From contig NW_026262593.1 in the NCBI RefSeq assembly GCF_021869535.1, forward strand, positions 6,138,001-6,202,000: a DNA stretch of 64,000 nucleotides, given 5' to 3'. Below the pieces are notes generated by a model. It did no database searches, had not been told where the DNA came from, and saw only the letters and a program-made list of their open reading frames with translations. Origin of the DNA: Mytilus californianus (taxonomy: Eukaryota). Within the stretch, counting starts at the first letter, position 1; every line of letters starts with the position of its first letter. Positions 24,601 to 33,706 of this stretch are shown here, piece by piece. A program made the translations under genes and the position numbers.

Positions 24601-27600
24601 AGTTAATTGTTATCTTTTTGTTCATTTTCAATTATTGTAAAGAATATTATACAAAAAAAAGAGGTTTAACAAAAAATTATTGCAAAATGAGGACAATATG
24701 TCAGTATGTCGACTGGATAGTCATCTTCCACAAAGTATATGGAACAAAATACAGGTGAGGTCCATATAGTTTTTGGGAGATGACCTCACAGTCCAAAAAA
24801 TGCCATTTTGCCTCAAACTGATGAATTATTTGTTATATTATGCTGAAATGTTGACATTTTAAAACAAAACAGATAGATTTTTTTTTAACAACCATATGAA
24901 ATATATTTTAAGACACATTTGTGTATCAGTAATTTATTCAAATGGCACAATGCAAGAGTTGTCTCTCTTCCAGTGGTTTCATCTGGAATGTATGTATATA
25001 GAGTTTATTTCAACAAATATACATAAATATATGTTTGATTCCAGTTTATTATTTTCAGGGACCAGTTGATCCATTCAAAAAAAGTGAAAAGAAGATTGAA
25101 AAATCAGAGGATAGTTTGAAAGAAAGTCTAATTAGGGTATTTACTTAAATATTATCAATTAATCAATACCAATTGTTTTAAAATAATGTCTTTCTTTTCT
25201 TTTTTTCATGTAGAATATATTTGACCATTTCAAAGACATTCCTTTTTATGCCCCCGCCGTAGCAGAGGGGGGCATTAAGTTTTACCCTTGTCCGTCTGTA
25301 CATTCCGAAATTGGTTCTCTAACTTTAGTTTGGCTCTACCTAATGTTATGAAACTTATACACAATGCTTATTACCACAGAACACAGATCAAATTTGAATT
25401 TGGGTGGCATCACTTTTACCTTTCTAGAGTTATGCCCCTTTACAAATAGAAAAATTGATGAATTTTTCTTTTCCATTCTCTAACTTAAGTTTGCCTCAAC
25501 CAAATGTTATGAAACTTATACACAATGTTTATTACCACAAAACTCAGATCAGGTACGAATTTGGGTAGCGTCACTTTTACTGTTCATGAGTTATGTCCCT
25601 TTATAACGTTATATGCAAGCGGGGGCATCATCTGTGTCCCATGTAGACATTCCCCATTTATTTAAACAAAATTACATGTCTTTCATAGGTTTTTCAGATG
25701 TACATGATCTGAAGTACAATATCCTTAAATATATACTTTAAATACAATATATCAATCAAGAATTTTATTATCATTTCATTCATTTTTACCTAGCTACTTA
25801 CAAAACTGACATTACAAAATAAGTTTTATCACATTTTCAATATTTTTATGACTCCACCACTAATTATTTAAGTGGATGAGGCACATAGTGTTGTGAGCAG
25901 ATTTAACTAGACTTTGAAAGATCTGTGATCAATACCAAATTACCAAAATAGCAAAAAACATTTAGATATAATATTGAGACAACCACAGCCATAACTTTCC
26001 AAAGATGCCTTTAATTTCACAGTTTTATATCTTGATTGCTGATTTTAAGAATTTGAATTCATTTTGAGAATTTTTTGGTCTTCAAACCTACTGAAGCAAT
26101 TTTTTTTTTGGAGTTGGCCTAAATTACCAGTTGACAGTTACTTGTTTTTTTGTAGGTACATTTTAATGGAGAAGATGGCAAGTCAGTATCTATCATGTCA
26201 TTAAAAGTCCAACCTATACCTCATGTTATAGACCAGACCTTCAGATTCCATAGTCCAGAACAAACATTCCTAAAAAGGTCCATTAGAATACCTATGGATT
26301 CCTTACCTGGTAAGATTATAATGATGATTAGATAACGTATCACCATTATAACAACACAGCCTCTACTCTCTTGTTAATATAACCAGAGGCCAAATGACAA
26401 AGAAGTTTACAACAATAGGTCACTGTACGGCCTTCAACAATGAGAAAAACCCATACCACATAGTCAGCTATAAAACAATTCAAACGTAAAAACTAAGGGC
26501 CTGATTTATGTACAAAAGAATAAACAAAAAGCAAATATGATGTACAGCAAGAAACAACAACCACTGTATTGCAGGCTCCTGACCTGGGACAGGCACATAC
26601 AGAATGTTGCAGGGTTAAACATGTTTGCTGGTGCCAAACCCTCCCCCTTACCTGTATTTTTTTATCAGATACTATGTTCTTGTGATATATATGTATTTCA
26701 GGAGTGCCTGTAGGAGGCCGAGGACTGAATCAGCTGTTTGTTAGGTGCAGTGATCCTAATATAATAACAGAATGTAAAGCTACACAACCAGGAGAACCAC
26801 TTGATGTATATCTAAAGGTACACCATAGCTCATATCTATAATTGTTTTTGCATGTCTTTTTTAGATAGTAAATGCAAATCAAGGGATCAAATTTTCTCTT
26901 AATAATGAAGGGTCCAGCACCATTTGAATTTTCAAGTGAAAAAGTCCTCATGAAACTCAAAGGTTCTGTATATTGAAAGCATCAGTATAAAGAATGGGTG
27001 GTCTTTTATTTTGTAATTTAAAAATGAAAAGTCCCCTCCCCTAAAAGACAGGTTCAGACCTCAGAACCACAATAATTTGAACCCCTGAAAAGTAAAAGTA
27101 ATTGTCTTATTCATGAAATTCTTATAAAATATTATTCATGAAATTCTTATAAAATATTATTCATGAAATTCTTATAAAATATTTTTCAGGTTGCAATGGG
27201 TGCTTCTCCACAGATTAAGAGATTTTATATAGCCATTTTCACTGATGCCTTTATGTCTAAGCCTATCCAGGTTTGGCAAGTCTACGCCCATTCTCTACAG
27301 AGAGTCGATGTGTCCTGTGTGGAGGGACAAACATCAAGATTCTCCTTACTACTCAGGTAAGTTGGGAATAAATAGTGAAAATCATGTACTTGTCACATGA
27401 TAAAAATTATGGGTTTTGCTACCTTAGGAGGGTAATGCTTGAAGTATGAATATTCCCAGATTTGAAACAAGAAAAATGATTTTATTTTCAAATATAATGT
27501 AGGTTATTTTTTTACCAAAAAATATTTTATCTGATACTCAATGCATGATACTCAAAAGAATTAAAAACTTGCTTACATCTACATCTACATCATTTGGTCT

Positions 27601-28587
27601 CTGATGGATAGTCGTCTCATTGGCAAGCATACCACATCTTTTTTTTTATATATTATCCTAAAAATGATTTGTTAGATTTTATCCAAGTTTGAATCCTATC
27701 AATTTAATGTGAAGTCTTTAAGCGTTATAGAATGCTTATATATGTGCTAAAGTCATTGATAACTTTTCACAGATATTCAATTTATGTGATTATAGACCCA
27801 TAAAAAGCATACAGTTGTCTCAAAATATAAGTAAGCAATATGTTATATGTTTTCAGTTGCCTTGATTTAAGTAAATATTCAAACTTCTGCGATTAATTAA
27901 TCTCTAAATTCCAATGATTTTTGTAAAATGTTTAAAATCATAAGAAATGACTCACATTGAATAAAAGATCCACTGACATATGTATCTTCAGTTTTTTACA
28001 GGTCAGCACTTGCTTTATACTATTGTGTAACCTAAAATTTTAAAACAACATATTTTCATTTCAGGGGAACACAGTCATCTCGTCTTGTTAGATGTTTCTC
28101 ATCTAATGATCAAGAAATGCAGCTGTATCCAAATGAACAATTTATGTTAGCTGCTGGTGCCGTCCATGAACTCAGTGTAGCAGTCCGTCCATTAAACGAG
28201 GGCATTAAAATCTTCCATTTGAATGTAGTTGATATTGAATACCACCAGTTGATCAGAAATTGGCTGATTTGTGTAACCTGCCGATCTCCAATGATTTCAC
28301 GGGTGTTTGATCTTTCATTACCAGTGGGAGGAGGAAAGGGAAGTAGCAAGAGAATAACTTATACCAATCCTTACCCTCACAAAAAGACATTTATTCTACT
28401 CACAAATGAGCCAGAATTGTTACAGTTTAAAGAAACACGAATAGAAGTCGAAGGTGGAGCGGAACACACGATAGGATTACGCTTTGCCCCAGTGATGAAA
28501 ACTGGAGCATCTGAGGTCATGGTGTTTATTAACGATGAGGATGACAAAAATGAGGAGACATTTAAAATTAATGCTACTTATAGTTAA
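472..28587 (+). CDS. NPHP4: Nephrocystin-4 (ciliary transition-zone protein), 5'-partial, 21 exons in window (w1-w21), 1160 aa encoded here
   Basis: Spliced translation follows recalled human NPHP4 motifs in order: IGVHNG, LRWCAWNP, CNEIIFQFLAFSK, TVFFTFQFYR, LHIDVWDGDSL, KGKLHFRMANVG, EFFEFVLKNPYN, FLRPKETVYIPFK, PHVIDQTFRF, VRCSDPN, HSLQRVDVSCVEGQ, KRITYTNPYP, INDEDDKNEETF. All introns are GT-AG with matching phases; exon lengths sum to 3483 nt (divisible by 3), ending at TAA 28585-28587. Confidence 0.96.
2264..2399 (+). CDS. NPHP4: NPHP4 exon w2 (QHGQGTMLVLKNRLEI...VFTLEYVIGEPISQEERK)
   Basis: tttgcag acceptor, aag|gtaatt donor, phase 2 to 0. Confidence 0.9.
2867..3097 (+). CDS. NPHP4: NPHP4 exon w3 (MYSSLSRG...LRWCAWNPF...FYWKCSM)
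   Basis: tttcag acceptor; donor atg|gttggt chosen because the next exon is open only in phase 0. Confidence 0.88.
3563..5497. mobile_element. Non-autonomous TIR DNA transposon with 5-bp TSD (hAT5-like), carrying a nested element
   Basis: Perfect 16-bp TIR CATACCTGCCAACCTC (3563-3578 and 5482-5497); AATTA on both sides. Confidence 0.8.
4124..5310. mobile_element. Nested non-autonomous hAT-like element, 6-bp TSD (hAT6-like)
   Basis: TIR caaggctcacgct versus cagggctcacact (11/13); ATATAT both sides; subterminal cacttctc repeats at 5221-5283. Confidence 0.55.
5561..5697 (+). CDS. NPHP4: NPHP4 exon w4 (DGQSLQVPMGAP...RPPSGRV)
   Basis: ttcaacag acceptor, aa|gtaggt donor; only one of three frames is open; Pro/Ser-rich. 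Confidence 0.8.
8712..8768 (+). CDS. NPHP4: NPHP4 candidate 57-nt symmetric exon w5 (GGRHTSWSSDTTKGSHLG)
   Basis: tttacag acceptor, ga|gtaaga donor, phase 2-2, open in the required frame; no homology support, and the gene stays in frame without it. Confidence 0.55.
10654..10795. mobile_element. Small MITE-like element
   Basis: Termini cagggctctcggtcataaaa versus caggccttgcggttataaaa (16/20); no clear TSD. Confidence 0.5.
10843..11711 (+). mobile_element. Helentron-associated non-autonomous element (HINE/DINE-1-like architecture)
   Basis: Subterminal IR gtctcgcctt (10850) and aaggcgagac (11677); 5' hairpin closing at aaagcgagac; cggcg microsatellite remnant; about four internal 167-bp repeats (10923, 11090, 11257, ~11421); 3' hairpin ctgtgataacag; T-rich flanks. 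Confidence 0.75.
12470..12641 (+). CDS. NPHP4: NPHP4 exon w6 (SFAGPHSLQVPQIQMPQTYYPQGYQPQMPQMPPMYGM...HRQ), P/Q/M/Y low complexity
   Basis: cttatag acceptor, cag|gttggt donor, phase 2 to 0. Confidence 0.8.
13127..13218 (+). CDS. NPHP4: NPHP4 exon w7 (PSIPPPHPEISEQVFRPTHTPIMMPLPQPD)
   Basis: ttttcag acceptor, ag|gtaata donor, phase 0 to 2. Confidence 0.85.
13885..14073 (+). CDS. NPHP4: NPHP4 exon w8 (AQGLSRAAYARLYSAGF...CNEIIFQFLAFS)
   Basis: attttag acceptor, aa|gtaagt donor, phase 2-2; conserved NPHP4 motif. Confidence 0.93.
14808..14900 (+). CDS. NPHP4: NPHP4 exon w9 (YGSDIQEKNKHAGTVFFTFQFYRCPQVTTE)
   Basis: attgcag acceptor, ag|gtaaat donor, phase 2-2. Confidence 0.92.
15269..15383 (+). 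CDS. NPHP4: NPHP4 exon w10 (LLLAKPQND...GPPGLE)
   Basis: gttacag acceptor, gag|gtatgc donor, phase 2 to 0. Confidence 0.9.
15830..16858. mobile_element. Non-autonomous hAT DNA transposon
   Basis: Perfect 14-bp TIR CAGGGCTTCCAAAA; perfect 8-bp TSD CTTCAAAC. Confidence 0.92.
16952..17095 (+). CDS. NPHP4: NPHP4 exon w11 (VKYYMDP...LHIDVWDGDSLMRIGSASVPLM)
   Basis: ttttag acceptor, atg|gtaggt donor, phase 0-0. Confidence 0.93.
17469..18701. mobile_element. Non-autonomous TIR element with 5-bp TSD (hAT5-like)
   Basis: Perfect 16-bp TIR CAGTGTTCCAGCTAGG; CTTTA on both sides; no 8-bp duplication. Confidence 0.85.
18850..19054 (+). CDS. NPHP4: NPHP4 exon w12 (YLCRSGHEAVQ...KGKLHFRMANVGHYSDPKANLM)
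   Basis: ttttcag acceptor, g|gtttgt donor, phase 0 to 1. Confidence 0.92.
20437..20520 (+). CDS. NPHP4: NPHP4 exon w13 (SSKSTKVISNTAGNIAYPGGSLNTNYT)
   Basis: tttacag acceptor, cag|gtaaat donor, phase 1-1; resembles recalled human SRVISNDGASRFSGGSL. Confidence 0.85.
20498..20730 (+). repeat. 7 x 33-bp tandem array of the 3' end of exon w13 plus donor
   Basis: cagtctaaatactaattatacaggtaaataata at 20498, 20532, 20565, 20598, 20631, 20664, 20697. Confidence 0.95.
21028..21236 (+). CDS. NPHP4: NPHP4 exon w14 (ITPKKKVARAHH...KLRKLSRMEAVR...NTVM)
   Basis: cattaag acceptor, atg|gtaaaa donor, phase 1 to 0. Confidence 0.9.
21778..22004 (+). CDS. NPHP4: NPHP4 exon w15 (SYKTEKQERMRD...EFFEFVLKNPYNVQQTFTVEFDDKYL)
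   Basis: ttcccag acceptor, ca|gtaagt donor, phase 0 to 2. Confidence 0.94.
22594..22783 (+). CDS. NPHP4: NPHP4 exon w16 (VITDAREWRYFK...IFLRPKETVYIPFKYLSFKADHTVHPQ), minimal form using the first donor
   Basis: ttttcag acceptor, cag|gtatgt donor, phase 2 to 0; the 3' end is ambiguous because 15 further in-frame GT donors follow. Confidence 0.9.
22703..24181 (+). repeat. 17 x 87-bp tandem array of the 3' end of exon w16 plus GTATGT
   Basis: Unit encodes VCIFLRPKETVYIPFKYLSFKADHTVHPQ; CAG ends at 22783 + 87n up to 24175. Confidence 0.97.
25059..25136 (+). CDS. NPHP4: NPHP4 exon w17 (GPVDPFKKSEKKIEKSEDSLKESLIR)
   Basis: ttttcag acceptor, agg|gtattt donor, phase 0-0. Confidence 0.85.
25243..25659 (+). 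mobile_element. Second HINE-like element, different family
   Basis: Subterminal IR atgcccccgc (25248) and gcgggggcat (25619); 5' hairpin; gtcc/gtct remnant; two internal ~170-bp repeats; 3' hairpin remnant. Confidence 0.7.
26156..26309 (+). CDS. NPHP4: NPHP4 exon w18 (VHFNGEDGK...PHVIDQTFRFHSPEQTFLKRSIRIPMDSLP)
   Basis: ttttgtag acceptor, g|gtaaga donor, phase 0 to 1. Confidence 0.93.
26381..26654 (+). repeat. Intronic copy of the same interspersed repeat
   Basis: ataggtcactgtacggccttcaacaatgag...caggctcctgacctgggacaggcacatac. Confidence 0.7.
26702..26817 (+). CDS. NPHP4: NPHP4 exon w19 (VPVGGRGLNQLFVRCSDPN...DVYLK)
   Basis: atttcag acceptor, aag|gtacac donor, phase 1 to 0. Confidence 0.92.
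27107..27181 (+). repeat. 3 x 25-bp tandem repeat immediately upstream of the exon w20 acceptor
   Basis: ttattcatgaaattcttataaaata at 27107, 27132, 27157, then tttttcag. Confidence 0.9.
27190..27356 (+). CDS. NPHP4: NPHP4 exon w20 (VAMGASPQIKRF...HSLQRVDVSCVEGQTSRFSLLL)
   Basis: ttttcag acceptor, ag|gtaagt donor, phase 0 to 2. Confidence 0.93.
28065..28587 (+). CDS. NPHP4: NPHP4 terminal coding exon w21 (GTQSSRLVRCF...KNEETFKINATYS*)
   Basis: atttcag acceptor, phase 2, open to TAA; contains track ORF 28117-28587. Confidence 0.95.
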
Positions 28588-31587
28588 GACCCATATTTAG
28601 GTATTGCATATGTATAATATCAGATTAATTTATAGGTTGTTTAGTTTTTGCTAATAATGCTCTGTTGTCTAAAGAAACTTATTAGATCTCTTACTATAAC
28701 AAGTGCCTAAAACAAGTGATGAAGTTAGAAAAATTAACACTATCTAAAATAGAAATGCCTTTACTAAATTGAACCAGTTTTTATTTCATTGTTACAAAGT
28801 TGTAGATTGGACATTGTGTTTTGCGGGTCAGTATCTTCATTTAAATGTATTTATGTAATTTTATCCTTCAAAATGATATATATTTTTAACTGCCTGCCTT
28901 TACCTTTCCTCTTCTTTTTAAAAAAAAACTTTTTTCAATAATTAAGCGCTCCTGTGCAAACAATGTAGAAGTAACTACATCCGTGTTTTGGTTTTTGAAA
29001 ATATATTCATTTAAGTAAGATTTTACACCAAAACTTAAAATATTTCTTTGCAAGTGATTGGTGTTATTTACTCACGCTCACAAACTGTAAATTCAGAAAT
29101 TATTGCGTGCATTTACTATTGCAATTTTTGTAGAATGTACAAAAATGCGAGATTAATTATTGCGATTTTAGGAAAGTCTCCATACAGATATCTTTCTCAT
29201 TTCTTCTGCAACTCAAATTAGATATACCTTGTTATTAGCAGTAGAATAGAGCATTTGCTGAAGATAGTGGTTTGATTCTGGTAATTATAATTTTAGTGAT
29301 TTCTACTATACCCTCAAGAAGATAAAATGGCTCAATTATGAGCAAAGGTAGTCATGATTTTTGAAAACTGATTTTATTTTGTTTCTTCCAGGGAAATAAC
29401 AAGTTTAACATTACAACGATGATTTATATTTATACAGACATTAAAAAGAAATGGAAGTGAAGTAATGAAATTGCATTTCCAAAATTTTTCAACATGTTCA
29501 ATCTGTAAATTTTGACCTCCCATGCTCAAGCTAGACATGGAATTTTTTGGTCCTATAAGCTCAGAAGAAACCGTATTTGACTCTGTGATTACTTTTAGAA
29601 AATGAAACTATCTATACCGTTAGATACCAAGTTTGAATAATTTTGTTGTCTGAAAGTTTTAATAATGAAAAAGGGTTTTGTGTTTGAATCTGCTGTTGTG
29701 AATTGTCAAGTTGTACATGTATGTTGGCAACTACATCTTTAAGCTAGGAAATTTTAAAGATGCCATTGATAGTGATATTCTTTTGATATGGAGTGATATG
29801 TTCTATACAATAAACAGGCAGTTTTCTACATTCATAGATACTCGTAACAACAATTTCAATAACTACTGGTAGCACTCAGTAATAATTTGGTTAAAATAAT
29901 CACCAATTGAAGATTACAATTGTTAATATGTCTATATTTTTATTGACTGCTAAATGGGGAGATTGAAACAATTTCATTCATTTTTAGTAACTTAACTTTT
30001 ACAGATCTGATTCAAACTGCCAACAAGCAAACTGTGATATTTATATTTATTTATATAATATGTAGATGTAAAATATATTTATGGTGATAACTATGAATGT
30101 CAAAATGAAATAAAATTTTAAAAAATTATGTTTTTTTTTTTTGTGCACTAAGTTAAAGATCTTGCCCCTTTCAAGTATCGTTTAAAGGAAATAACAGGTA
30201 ATCATCTGAGGCAGCAACCTATCATTGAATGAACTCATGCAAGTCATCAAAGTATCTTCAGTCATGTCAATTAAAAAACAAAGTGCTCTGTGGAAATACA
30301 CAATAGAACTAATTCGAAACAGATAGTGAAGATCACAAGAATATATTTTAAAAATCAACAAGCAGCAGGAAGCGAGAGTTGAATCAAGTATCCAGTACAG
30401 TAAAACAATTTCCTTATCATTTTGTGGTAAAAATTATTTTAATTGACAGCAGAATTTTCTTAAAGAACATTTATAGGTATGTAACCTGTGATGTGAAGAT
30501 GTGATTTTTTTTCTCTCACAATTACCACTATTGCTATGGAAACTGATAACAAGTTAATTCCAATCTAAATTAAAATCTACTGTAATGTTACTGTTCATAA
30601 GAATCTGTAAAGTAAATGTTTTAAACATACAAAATGGTTGCCATTTCCATGGAAACTGCCAGTTTAGGGTTTCATTCCTTATTGCTTAAAATTGCTAATC
30701 TAGTAATGTCACAAATGAAAGTTGATTGACATATTGTTATTCCTCCATTTCTGAAAGCACCCTTTTGATTTTGAAAATATTCTGTCACAGGATTATACTT
30801 GGTAGCATGACAATTGACTTGTCGAATTGCTCTTGCAATTTTATTTTGGGTAAATTTCTTGACAGACCCCACATTTTTATCAAAAAAAAGGTATCTAGCA
30901 CCTGGGAAACATATTTATCTAAGCTTTAATATGGAGCAATTGAATTTAAAGGAATGGGGATTAAAATTTAGTAAATTTCACAGAAGTCTGTCAGAAAAAT
31001 AGTTATTGATAAAAGGACTCATCAACTTATAATGGTTTATTTTTACAAATTGTGACTTGGATGGAGAGTTGTCTCATTGGCACTCATACCACATCTTCTT
31101 ATATCTATCATCAACCACATTTTCTTGGAAACGTTACGACTTAGACATTGACCAATTGAATTTCATAACGATGTGGTTCTAATATTGATAAAATTTCTAT
31201 AAGTCCCATAGAATAACAATGGCTTGTAAATGCATCAGCCACATATTTTGGTTAATGTTATGACTTAAGCTTTGACATGAAACAATTTGATTTCAAAAGG
31301 ACACTATTTGAATTGATCTTCTATTTTCAATTTTGGTAAATTTTCAGAAATCATATCCACATTTTTGATATAGGTTTTCTACCTAACAACAAAATTATTT
31401 TCATTTACCTGTGTTTAAAGTTATTGCAAATGGCTGATATTTTTGTTCGAGCATATTGTTTTTCTTTAATTATAGCATGTTACTTTTATTATTCTTCCCT
31501 TAGTTTATTTATTTTGTATTTACATTGTATCATAGGTCAAATTTATTTGTTCAGTGTATGTTCAATGATGTTAATATGTCCTTTGAT

Positions 31588-31992
31588 TGAGTTAAGCTAT
31601 TTCAGTTGATATTTTATAGTGTGTCTTTCTATGTTGTGATGTTACACTATTGTTTCAGAAAAATGGTGAAGGTTTGGTACCATTAAAATGTTTAAACCCG
31701 CTGCATTTGTTTGCACCTGTCCTAAGTCAGGAATCTGATGTTCAGTAGTTGTCGTTTGTTGATGTGGTTCATAAGTGTTTCTCGTTTTTTATATAGATTA
31801 GACCGTTGGTTTTTCCCATTTGAATGGTTTTACACTAGTAATTTTTGGGGCCCTTTATAGCTTACTGTTCGGTGTGAGCCAATGCTCCGTGTTGAAGACC
31901 GTACTGTGACCTATAATGGTTTACTTTTATAAATTTTGACTTGGATGGAGAGTTGTCTCATTGGCACTCATACCACATCTTCTTATATCTAT
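31588..31992 (-). repeat. Interspersed repeat, same family as 49774-50310
   Basis: Ends ttggatggagagttgtctcattggcactcataccacatcttctt; aligns by eye to 59474-59797. Confidence 0.75.
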
Positions 31993-32372
31993 TTCTAGCA
32001 ACAATATACTTTTGCAAACATATTGACCCAGAGTTAATATAGATAAAATGGATTTTGAAGGATGAGGGTCTAATTTTTGTAAATTCCATGAACTTCTGTT
32101 ATTGGTTCTGGATTCTAACAAATGAGTTATTTTGTATTTTCCTATAGTTTTGTTTTTGTGAATCCTTAGTAACTTTTCTATTATTGCCGGGCAATGAATT
32201 ATAGCGTTACTCGAGAGATATTCCTTGATTTAAAATAATTTCCAAAACTTTGTAACAGCAAATTTTATTTACACAATATCCTTATTTTCCAGTACTACTA
32301 GGCTAGTGATATACTCGGCCAGCAGAGGTATCGACCCAATGGCAGTAATACCATTAATGGTACCAATTTTTC

Positions 32373-32415
32373 GACCAGATGCGCATTTCGACAATAAATG
32401 TCTCTTCAGTGATGC
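32373..32415 (-). ncRNA. Minimal type I hammerhead ribozyme, intact core, 4-bp helix I
   Basis: GCAUCA CUGAAGA GAC AUUUAUU GUC GAAA U GCGC AUC^ UGGUC. Confidence 0.75.
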
Positions 32416-33015
32416 TCGAGGCCAAAATATACGAAAAATCCGAAGTTTTAAAAAAAGATGAAGAGCTTCTAAACCAAAAAGAACAAAAGGTATCGCAAAA
32501 GTATGACAAAGAATTGGAGCTTTGTATTAGGGAAATATATTCCTTAATTTAAAATTATTTCCCAAATTTTATAACAGCAAATTTTATTTACACAATATCG
32601 GTATTTTCATGACAGTACCGATGTACTGGCTACTAAGCTTGTGATACCCTCAGGGACTAATTTTCGACCTGATGCGCATTTCGACAATGAATGTTTCTTC
32701 AGTGATACTCGAGGCCAAAATATTTGAACAATCCAAAACGTATATGAAAAATGAAGAGCTTATTGATAAAAAAAAAGAAAAATGTATAGCCAATCCGGGC
32801 AAGGAATCAGAGCTTTTCATGAGGGAGTATGTTCCTTTAATTTAGAATTATTTCCAAAATTTTGTAACATCAAATTTAGATAACATAATATCTGTATTGT
32901 CATGCCATTACCTAAGTACTGACAACTAGGCTGGTGATAACTCCAGGGACTAACAGTCCATAAGCAGAGGTATCTACTCAGTGGTAATGATAATATCAAG
33001 GGTACCATTTTTTCT

Positions 33016-33059
33016 GCACCAGATGCGCATTTCGACAATAAATGTTTCTTCAGTGATGC
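33016..33059 (-). ncRNA. Minimal type I hammerhead motif, 6-bp helix I, A-C mismatch at first helix II pair
   Basis: GCAUCA CUGAAGA AAC AUUUAUU GUC GAAA U GCGC AUC^ UGGUGC. Confidence 0.65.
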
Positions 33060-33662
33060 TCGAGGCCAAAATATTTGAACAATCCAAAACTTATTAAAAA
33101 ATGAGGAGCTAATAAACAAAACAAAAGCAAAATGTAAAGCCAATGTCGGGCAAGGAATCAGAGCTTTTCATGAGGGAGATATGTTCCTTTATTTGAAATA
33201 ATTTCCAAAATTTTGTAACAGCAAATTGTGATAACTCAATATCCGTATTTTCATGCCAGTACCGACGTACTGGCTACTGGGTTGGTGATATCCTCGGGGA
33301 CTAATTTTCGACCTGATGCGCATTTCGACAATGAATGTTTCTTCAGTGATACTCGAGGCCAAAATATTTGAACAATCCAAAACGTATATGAAAAATGAAG
33401 ATGTTATTGATAAAAAAAAAAGACAAAATGTATAGCCAATCCGGGCAAGGAATCAGAGCTTTTCATGAGGGAGATATGTTCCTTTAATTAAGAACTATTT
33501 CCAAAATTTTGTAACATCAAATTTAGATAACATAATATCTGTATTTTCATGCCATTACCTAAGTACTGACAACTAGGCTGGTGATAACTCCAGGGACTAA
33601 CAGTCCATAAGCAGAGGTATCTACTCAGTGGTAATGATAATATCAAGGGTACCATTTTTTCT

Positions 33663-33706
33663 GCACCAGATGCGCATTTCGACAATAAATGTTTCTTCAG
33701 TGATGC
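33663..33706 (-). ncRNA. Minimal type I hammerhead motif, same sequence as 33016-33059
   Basis: Identical 44-nt motif 647 bp downstream. Confidence 0.65.

Noticed and set aside
28065-28587. Intron loss implied by the long 523-nt terminal exon
   Set aside because: I cannot verify orthologous intron positions from memory; it needs an alignment of gene structures.
28588-30130. NPHP4 poly(A) site at AATAAA 29809 or 30109
   Set aside because: Both are plausible but cannot be distinguished from background without transcript data, so neither is annotated.
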